This document shows, piece after piece, positions 13,601-22,265 of a stretch of DNA of 64,000 nucleotides. The stretch covers positions 10,694,633-10,758,632 of the forward strand of contig OZ037769.1 of assembly GCA_964035545.1 (NCBI GenBank). Reading direction: 5' to 3'. The notes below the pieces were generated by a model. It saw only the letters and a list, made by a program, of their open reading frames with translations, was not told where the DNA came from and did no database searches. Made by a program: the position numbers and the translations under genes. Positions within the stretch are counted from its first letter, which is position 1; every line of letters begins with the position of its first letter. The DNA is from Bugula neritina (lineage: Eukaryota > Animalia > Bryozoa).

Positions 13601-16358
13601 AATTGCTTTACGAATTGAATGCCTACACTTAGTTGATCAAATAAGGCAAATGAATCATTGCAACAAAATGCAGCCAAAATTGCACATAGTTCCAGTCCCC
13701 ATGCTACGGAGATTCATCTCTGAACAATGGTAAATATACTCACGTCTAGCTGTAGCCAGTCCACCGCCAGCGTCTCCAACAGAGGTACAAAGGTCGGGTT
13801 GGCCTCTTGAATCCGATACAACTCGTCAATAAGGGCCGTGGAATTTACCATGGTTTCAAAGAAGAACAGGTCAACGGTACGGTTTGTAAGGCTGACATTA
13901 TTACGTTCCAGTTCTTCATAGAATGCAGGCTCATCTATAGCTGTGATACATACAATACGGTTGGTATATACAATACTGCGATACATACAATACTGCGATA
14001 CATGTACTTGTTTAGATGATGGTGGGTGACCACTAGCATTGCAAGCCAGCATTTTTCAAATAGATAAAGAATGAATGATTGATGACATAATGTGAATCTC
14101 AGTGATTGATCAAACCATATTATGAGCTGCTAAAAGGTAATAGTTTATTATTTTACACTGGAGCTGTGAGTGTATACAATGTTAACAAGATACTTAAGTA
14201 ACACTGTATACTGATTGCCAGACAGATTCAATGTTAGTAAATATCTAATCGATGTAACAGTTACAAAAGCACATCTCTCAGCCATCTCACTGTGAGACAA
14301 GGAAATAGGTAGAGTTTGTATATTATAAGCCAAGTAGCAGATGTAGCACAACAATAAGTCATTAGTTATCAAGTGGAAACTTAATTACAGCAGATTTATA
14401 TCAAAAGTGATTTCAGTTACAAAATTTGACATCTACTGTGTATCAGATAATTAGAGCGATACAGGATCAGGATTAGTCATTAGATATAGATATTACATTT
14501 GAATTGTATGTTAAGTGATTGGAAGTGAATTTGAATGGTTTTGCTATACTAAAAGAGCTGTAGCTAATGCATATTGCACAGGCAACTTACATACTTCTCT
14601 TTAATAAATATTGACACAACAGGAATTAGAAATATGACATGCTCAGTCAAGTTGATCCAACTAAGTAACCTGAGAGAAAAGTACTTAAGAGTAAGCTAGA
14701 GGGTAGCCTGTGTTACTCACCCAACAGTTGTCCGACAGACCCGTAATTCCCCTGCACCTTCTCGAAAGCAGAGGCTATCTTTTGAGCTTCTTCCACTGTC
14801 TCTTGAAGAACATTTCGCTGTGAGTCATTGGCAAGGAAGTTAGCAGTGTCAGTGACAAGCGCCTCTACGCGGGTGGTCTCGAAGCTGGTCAAGGTGCCAC
14901 TCAGCTCGTCAACCACCTCCCTCTCATTACACGTGTTGTTGGAGAGACACACCACACCCTAGACACACAACATGGCGGCTGTGAAGTCTTGAAACGGCAA
15001 AATACACAATAGTGGAAGGTGAGGGCGTGAGAAGCGTGATTGACTATTATATACAGATAAATTTTACAACATCCTAGAGCACCTTCTGCCGAGTGTCAAT
15101 TTGGTGGCAACAAACACATTACAGGTTATGACAGTTGGAAGAAATGGCACCAACATCAACTACCTGTACTGGATAGTTACACAAAACTGTGCACTTTGAA
15201 AGTTGGTTACTGGCTGTGTAACATAGTGCAGGTATGAACTGAGGTTGCATAAGCCTGGGCAGCCAAGTCAGCAACCAGGCAGTCAGCTAACCTCAAGACA
15301 GCACTTTGACATCAGCACATTATTCTATTGTTTCTATTTATTCATCTACAGTGCCAATATCAATGGCACAATAGACTGTAAACAATGAGCACCTATACAC
15401 ACATATATTATATATATGGATTATTATGTATAGAATTCTATTGAAAATCATTCATCAGGTCAATAGCCAGAGTGGAAAAACTTTAGCCGGACTTATTTGC
15501 CCAATGACTGTGTGAGATGGAGTCTTGCTTTTATAACCAATAATGATGACCTACCTCAGGTTCAACAACATCATACACTCAGAAATACAATCTGACTTCT
15601 CATATATATAAACACATATTACATCACAGCACCTCACTATTCTAGATTGTATTATATAGGTTACTATATATACCCTACTCCTAACTATTCACTACGGGCT
15701 AGGGGTATGTATATACATATACCCCACACTATATAGTACTATACGATATTATATTATACTATACTATATTATACTATATTATATTATACTATGTTATACT
15801 ATATTATATTATATTATATCATACTATATTACAGACATTATTGAGTATTAAATTACACCATGCACACATGTAAAACTGTCAGTCTAACCAGGCATATATT
15901 AAATAAAAGAAGCACAGAAAATAGACCGACTGTGGAGTACTAGACTGTGGAGTACTAGACTGTGGAGTACTAGACTGTGGAGTACTACACTGTGGAGTAC
16001 TAGACTGTGAAGTACTAGACTGTGGAGTACTAGACTGTGGAGTACTAGACTGTGGAGTACTAGACTGTGGAGTACTAGACTGTGGAGTACTGGACTGTGG
16101 ACAGCAAGTTTCGAGGAGTACCTGGAAGAAGGGTAGGAGTCCAGCTGACGGCATGGGTTTGTTGTGGAAGTGACACTCTGGTTTGTGTTCTACGAGGGAT
16201 TGTCTGCTCCTGACGGCAGCCAGAATTATAAAGAGCACGAGTGGCCACACTATCTCTATAGCAATTCTGAATGGAGATCTTCTGAGTAGGAGGAAGTTCT
16301 TCCACGTGAGAAGGTAGTACTGACGAGCCAGCTTTTTCATGGTCTCGCAGGCACCCAT
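4674..16358 (-). CDS. ABCA1: ABC transporter subfamily A, ABCA1/4/7-like lipid exporter; 5' part (TM1, ECD1, TM2-TM4), continuing beyond the left window edge
   Basis: Predicted exons (minus strand, 5'->3'): 16358-16122, 14958-14721, 13940-13744, 13257-13140, 11738-11551, 10457-9936, 9090-8930, 8694-8647, 8068-7891, 7461-7335, 6788-6551, 6443-6257, 5736-5581, 5270-5121, 4878-4674. All are GT-AG with matching phases, about 983 aa in total. ABCA hallmarks: LLTWKNFLLLRR..EIVWPL, CHFHNKPMPSAGLLPFFQGVVC, GKIPYSPDT, WAAIVF..HITYKIRM, KYVTFGFAYLQDMIE, YLQQFPFPCY, IVYEKQERLKEQMKIMGL. Orthology within ABCA1/4/7 is not resolvable by eye. Confidence 0.93.
5763..5965. repeat. 19-bp minisatellite CCTAGTAAACTAACTACTA, about 11 copies
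   Basis: Direct tandem units with a/g and t/c variants. Confidence 0.92.
8090..8277. repeat. 21-bp minisatellite CACTACAGTAYACAATGTAGT, about 9 copies
   Basis: Tandem units; source of the TTVHNVV and YCSDYIV repeat ORFs. Confidence 0.92.
8433..8580. repeat. AT-rich degenerate tandem repeat (ATGYATATTATATTACATCT..)
   Basis: About 5 imperfect units. Confidence 0.75.
10467..10741. repeat. 15-bp minisatellite CAGCAGACGTACACA, about 18 copies
   Basis: Tandem units; source of the CTSAV, TADVH and CVRLL repeat ORFs. Confidence 0.95.
10776..11445. repeat. 25-bp minisatellite CACCTGGACACAGTGTAAACTGTCA, about 27 copies
   Basis: Highly homogeneous units with no spacers. Confidence 0.96.
12338..12645. 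repeat. 22-bp minisatellite TACTAGCTATGTTATACTGTAT, about 14 copies
   Basis: Direct tandem units. Confidence 0.95.
12776..12805 (-). other. Possible 30-nt phase-1/phase-1 micro-exon of the ABCA gene (DFLTMLQSSA)
   Basis: tgtctgtctag acceptor, stop-free 30 nt, then a gtgaat donor. It is symmetric and fits between exons 13140 and 11738, but the frame does not require it. Confidence 0.25.
15928..16100. repeat. 15-bp minisatellite GACTGTGGAGTACTA, about 11 copies
   Basis: Tandem units starting about 22 nt inside the first coding intron of ABCA. Confidence 0.95.
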
Positions 16359-16370
16359 TATGGTGTGATA

Positions 16371-16722
16371 CTATAATACAATGTAATACTGTGCAATACA
16401 GTGTAGTACTGTGCAATACAATGTAGTAATGTAAAATACAATATAATACTGTAAGATACAGTAAAATGCTGTACAATACAGTAAAATATATTACATCACA
16501 GTGTAATACAGTGCAATACAGTACAATACTGTATAAATACAGCGCAGTACTGTACAATGCAGTGCAATAAAGTACAATACACTGCAATACAGTGTAGTGC
16601 AGTGCAATACACTACAATATTGTGCAATACAGCGTAATGCAGTGCAATACACTACAATACACTGCAATACAGTATAATGCAGTGCAATACACTACAATAT
16701 TGTACAATACAGTGCAATGCAG
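16371..16722. repeat. Degenerate pentamer-based repeat (AATAC/AGTGC/AGTAC)
   Basis: 5/10-bp periodicity; abuts the acceptor of the first coding exon of ABCA. Confidence 0.85.
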
Positions 16723-17128
16723 TTGGCTAGAGTATGAAGTTTGCCAGTAATAGCCAAGACTAGAGGATAGAGTATGTCACAGACTGGATAGCTGGTAGAC
16801 TATGAAGTACATAAAATTAACAAATCAGGAGAACTTTACACTTTAATTAAACACTTTTTAAACCTGAATGTAGTAACTTATGACAGAAAAAAAATCAAGC
16901 AATCTAGAAAAATAACTAAAATACTTATCAGAAGTAGAGTTTACAAAACCAAAGAAGTAGTAGGCTGAACACTTGGTAAAATTGTTAATAAAATAAAATT
17001 AAAAGATTAACTCCATGTTGAATAAAGCTAAATAAATGAACAAGCTTAACCATATATAAACTCATCAAACGCTGGATTTGCTTCAAAATACCAACAGATT
17101 CCAATTGTGATTAGTGAAAGTAACGGTG

Positions 17129-17140
17129 ACTTACCTTGAT
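17129..17140 (-). other. Candidate splice donor of a 5' non-coding exon of ABCA
   Basis: Perfect AAG|GTAAGT on the minus strand (exon would end at 17135). The first coding exon is preceded by a ttatag acceptor (exon start 16370, 12 nt before the ATG), so an upstream exon is expected. Confidence 0.4.
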
Positions 17141-18914
17141 GATTAGTGAAAGTAATGGAACAATATCAGGTTTAGATCTGTTGCCATGTCATAAACTTAA
17201 AGTTTCTTTTTCCCCTATCTATTCGACTATAAAAGATGAAGAAACTACAATTAAAACTTTCATCCATGATAAATACAACATCTAACAGAGTTTAAATTAG
17301 AGCCAACAGCCCAAACTAAAACTTCCAGTGGAAGTCTGTCGAATTAACAATCTTGAAAAGTTTAATAAAACTATCTAGTAACAGATAGATTTATTAATTA
17401 TTTGTGTAGTGAGACTTTAGTTTACTATTCCATTGAGACCACAATAGCAGGTTACATCATAGGAACTACTCGACATTACTTTTTGTTCAAAGTCAAGGAA
17501 CTTTACTGAGTGCCCTCTGGTGAATGTAAATCAACATGATGCAATATTATAAACAATCTCAGTTAGCATTCTCTCAGGAGTTGCAACAAAAACTTCAAGT
17601 TTCAGTAAAAGAGTCCAATGAAATCGTTATGACAAATATTTTGGATTACAGTAAGTTTTCTGACTATTGCTTCAATGGGTGGTTCTGCACAAATCTGCGA
17701 TACTCCACAGATTTGCAGCAATACTTTCACAGGTTATAGCGCTACAACTGTAACACTCAAACTTATTCTGGTGCAACTTTAAAATTAAGCAAGTATACAA
17801 ATGTCTCATGATCATTATTTGCAATTTAATTTTTGAAAAATGTATATATCAACTGTACATACTAATTGAAATATAAGTTTATAGTTATATAATGACACGT
17901 ACTTCTCATTACTATTTACATACATAAATTTTGAGATTTGCTATAGATATGAATAATACAGTATTATAACATATTATATTATAGTAAAAATAGTCTGTTT
18001 TGATGGGTTAATTCCAAGTTTTTTAATGTTTGCTAGGCAAAAATAAGCAAGCTATGATATGTGAAAAATGATATATATGTGTATATACTCCTAAAATTAG
18101 ATAACCTGACTAGCAGCTTAGTTCTGTAATATATTTGTTAACCACTATAAACTCATATTCCAATTGGTGGCTTGTCATTCATTCTTATGCAAACTGTTTA
18201 TTTGCCAATTAGTACCACAGGACCAGTTGTCATTGTATTTACCCATTCCTGTTTTTACTTGTTAGTCAGTTGCCTGCTAGTGTTCTAAGAGAAATAAACC
18301 TTAATATCAATAATTGAGATTTGAGTAATACTACAACCTAAACTTAAACAGTGAATAAGTAAAAAAAATTTTTAAAACTCATCCTGCAAATTGCCGACTA
18401 AAATTTAGTCACTGCTAACTAAATCCAATGCTGTTGATAACAATTAACATTTAAATACAATGTTAATTACTATTAGTAATAAACATACTCAATTAGTCAA
18501 TATGATAGATATAGTTACACTTACAAGACTCATACTATTACTATTAGTAATAGTCTATTACAGTAATAGTAATAGACATATCCACATAGTGATAAATTTA
18601 TACGACTACTTATAGTTCAATAGTATAAATACTATACACTTGAAGTATATTAAACAAAAATAGTATTATAAGTATTAGTATTATTTTCATTGTATAATCC
18701 TAAATGCGGGCTGTCTCAGTCTGTGATTATCCTAATGACAATCATTATCATCATGATATTGTAATTGAGATTCATAGTGATACTCATATTATTACTGCTA
18801 TTGGTATTAAATTTAATCAATAATTAATATTATCATTATATTTATATTCACTATTACATTTACTATTACTATTAGTATTACTAATCACTAATGAGTAATG
18901 ACAATCACAATGAC

Positions 18915-19070
18915 AATGTGATGCTAATACTAATAGTAATAGTAATAGTAATACTAATAGTAATACTGAGTAATTACTAATACTAATAGTAATAGTAATA
19001 GTAGGACCTTCTAATAGTAATACTAATAGTAATACTAATACTAATAGTAATACTAATACTAATAGTAAGT
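18915..19070. repeat. (AATAGT/AATACT)n low-complexity tract
   Basis: Hexamer periodicity. Confidence 0.85.
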
Positions 19071-20410
19071 AGCTGTAGTCAGTAGTGTTTCTAAATTATA
19101 AAATTAGATTTAGTGATTGGTCTTACTGTTTTAGTCGTGTCGGTAAAGTAATAGTTTTACTTAGAGACACAATTCGTTATTTATATAATTATCGTATGCT
19201 CAAAATGAGAATAACATTAACTGGTGAAACGTTGGTTTCAGAAGTAGTCAGCAGAACCGATATCAATCGCAATGAGCTTATTTATTTCGCAAGTTTTCGG
19301 TCGAGATGATGATCTCAAAATATCTTTTCCAGTTCAATGAACTGAGCCGCGGGGTAGGGTTGACGTTTTGCTGGCCTATAACTTTCCTATACTCAAAAAC
19401 TGGAGCACGGTCTATTGTGCAGAGGCCCTTTGATAGTCACGTTAAATTTAACGAGTTTAAACACGTTTCACCAGAGGCCAAACAACTTACAGATTACGTA
19501 AGCTTAGAAAGGGAGGACAACTTTCTGTGAAACTATTTAATTATAAGAATTTAACTTGGATTACCTCACCAGTTTTCTAATAATTGACCTAATAAACCTA
19601 ATTACTACTATAATAGATGCATATAAATTCATATTTCCATTTAGCTCATTGCAGTAGTAAGTAGTAACTATATACGAATATAAGTATACAATATATAGGA
19701 AATAACCAGTCAATGTTTCAAATATCTTGTAAATGTGCTTTCACCTTTTTGAGACCCATGGGCCAAAACCTTGGCTCAGATTGTACCTAAACTCTAGCTC
19801 TTACAAATTATAGAAAAGTTTCTACCGGCTCTCATTATTCAATTCGTGATGTTCATTTTACTTTTGGATTTTCTTCTGTAGCATTATCAGCTAGTGCGTA
19901 CATATATTTTGTTTTTAAGCGTTCTAGCGGTCTTGACTCTTGTGACAATAACAAAATTATAATATCAAAAGTTGAATATGCTTATTGAGGGATTTTGTGC
20001 ATTAATTTATGGCTTTTATTTTGCAGCATTTGATTTTCTAATTGCATTATATTATAGTACTACATCAAATCAAAACTAAGTTATAATGATTAAAATTGAG
20101 AAAGCACAAAATATACATCATTTTATATAAGCTATATGTAGCAAATGTTTGACTATAAAATAATATAATTTAAATTAGTATGTATAATGAAGATACCTAA
20201 CTAATTACCATTAAATCACAATATTATAATGTTTATGAGTATTTGTAAATTAAAAACATTGACAGCTGTTATATTGTAGTTACTACATAAAACGTTGTGA
20301 CTTGTAGTTTGTATGTGCAAAGCAAGAATTCGACGAAGATAAAGACGATGCAGGCAGCAGCCTTTTTTACATTATGCTGTCCAAAAATTGCGACAGATAA
20401 CAGACGGTTT

Positions 20411-20442
20411 CACGCGTTATTCTCACGTGATAGTCATGTGAC
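20411..20442. promoter_or_regulatory. Cluster of bHLH E-box-like motifs in the divergent ABCA/MPO1-like intergenic region
   Basis: CACGCG (20411-20416), TCACGTGA (20423-20430) and GTCATGTGAC (20433-20442) within 32 bp of a CpG-enriched patch. Confidence 0.4.
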
Positions 20443-20624
20443 CACTTTACCTCTGCCCGTTGCAAAATCTTCATTTCATAATCATACTGAAACACAGATT
20501 GAAATCTTTTCTGAACATTTACAATTTGGTCAAAAAATATTTTAGTTGATTAGTTTTAATTTTTTTAATGTCTCAGAATCTAGATATTTTTATCAACTTG
20601 CAAACTATCGTCGACCAAGTGACT

Positions 20625-21175
20625 ATGACTATAGCTGCTGTTTGTGTTACTGTTACAGTTTGAGTTACTGTTAGTGTTACTGTTAGACTTAGACTTATAG
20701 TTATAGTTATAGTTATTCTAACTTTTAGAGTTAGAGTTACAGTCAGTGTTACTCTTACTCATTGACTTGCTGTTAGACTTAGTGGTTACTATAAATATGA
20801 GTAGTACTAGTAGTAGTACGACGACAATTACTAGTGCTACTACTACTAGTACTACTACTAGTGCTGCTGCTACTACTAGTACCACTACTACTACCACCGG
20901 TAACAGTAGTACTAGTAGTAGTAGTAGCAGCAGTAGTAGTTCAGTAACAGTTATACTTATTCTGTTATTCAGTATGAATATAACTGCAAGTATCAAGTAT
21001 GACTATAAATAATATCTATAATGTTATAATATTGGTAGCGGTAGTAATTTGTAGATGTAGTATTAGTTGTAGTTGTAATTACAGTTACTCTTAGTGTTAG
21101 TTTACTGTTAATGTAACTACCAGGTTATGTGATAGTAATAACTAATATTGCTATCAATAGTATTAGTAATAGTAA
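20625..21175. repeat. (AGT/ACT)n and (GTTAYW)n low-complexity tract
   Basis: Tri- and hexamer periodicity; source of the poly-Ser/Thr and poly-Val/Leu ORFs. Confidence 0.8.
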
Positions 21176-22265
21176 TGCTTGTTTAGGTATTTAACTTATT
21201 TTGAAAACAATAGGAGAACTCGACCATCGTATATTGAGTGATATGCATATTGATATTTTACATTTAATTGATTGTTTTATTAAAAATTAAATGCTATGAA
21301 AATAATATAAGCTGGGTAAAAGTTAGTCAGTTTAGTTAAATTTCAGAATTTTATTCATTATTTAATTTAATTTCTTAATACTAACACTGACTATTGAAAT
21401 CAAGCCATGGTTCAAATAAAGCTTACCTATAGTTGACATAATATTTGATTTTGAAATTTCCAAGATACTACATGTGATGTTCATTCAATCGTGAACAAGT
21501 TATCATTCATAGTTATTTATTTGCACTTTTAGATGAGATAAAAGTTGAATTTTAATGGCTCGCATCTACATTGATTTAAAAAACACACTCACTATCTACA
21601 CACCTTCAGCAACTCAGATGAAACTAATGGATTGCCTAGTGTAGTTTTGACTAATTTATAAGTTATTAATATATTTGCATGTAATCAATAACTGTAGAAG
21701 TTTATATATGTAATATTTCATTAGAAATTTGAATACATAATCTAAGGTAAGCCGGGTGCTTTGTGTATTTAGCATTATTAGTTAAAATATATTAATATTT
21801 TAAGTTTAACGTATTTTAAAAATAGTATTTATTTCTGATCAATGAAAACTTCAATTAATAGTGAAATTAAGAACTACTGTTATGTAGATAACATATAAAT
21901 CAATGGTTTTCAACAATACTTTTAAATAAATATTAATGATACAATATATTATCTTTGAATGAGCTTTCCTGAATGCTGATTATAAATGCTACAAACTAAA
22001 TTAACAACATGAGACTTCAACTTGCTAAAATTTTGAAGATCTGTAGCATGTTTATCAGAGTTTCTAAGTCAAACCAGTCAATGTTATCAATCCAGCAAAA
22101 ACATCTAGGTGTCCAAACCACCAAGTACATAGGTCTGTGTCGACTTATACCCAACCTTGGAGGATATTGTACTGAAACTAAACTAGCCTATACTTTCTGG
22201 TATAATTGTACGTTTGGAACTGAAACAAAGTTAATATCTACTGTTGTGTTTTTGCAGCCTACACA

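Noticed and set aside
20718-21012. Signal peptide + Ser/Thr mucin-like ORF and its poly-Leu/Val antisense ORF
   Set aside because: Derived from the (AGT/ACT)n low-complexity tract, with non-ATG starts and no splice support.
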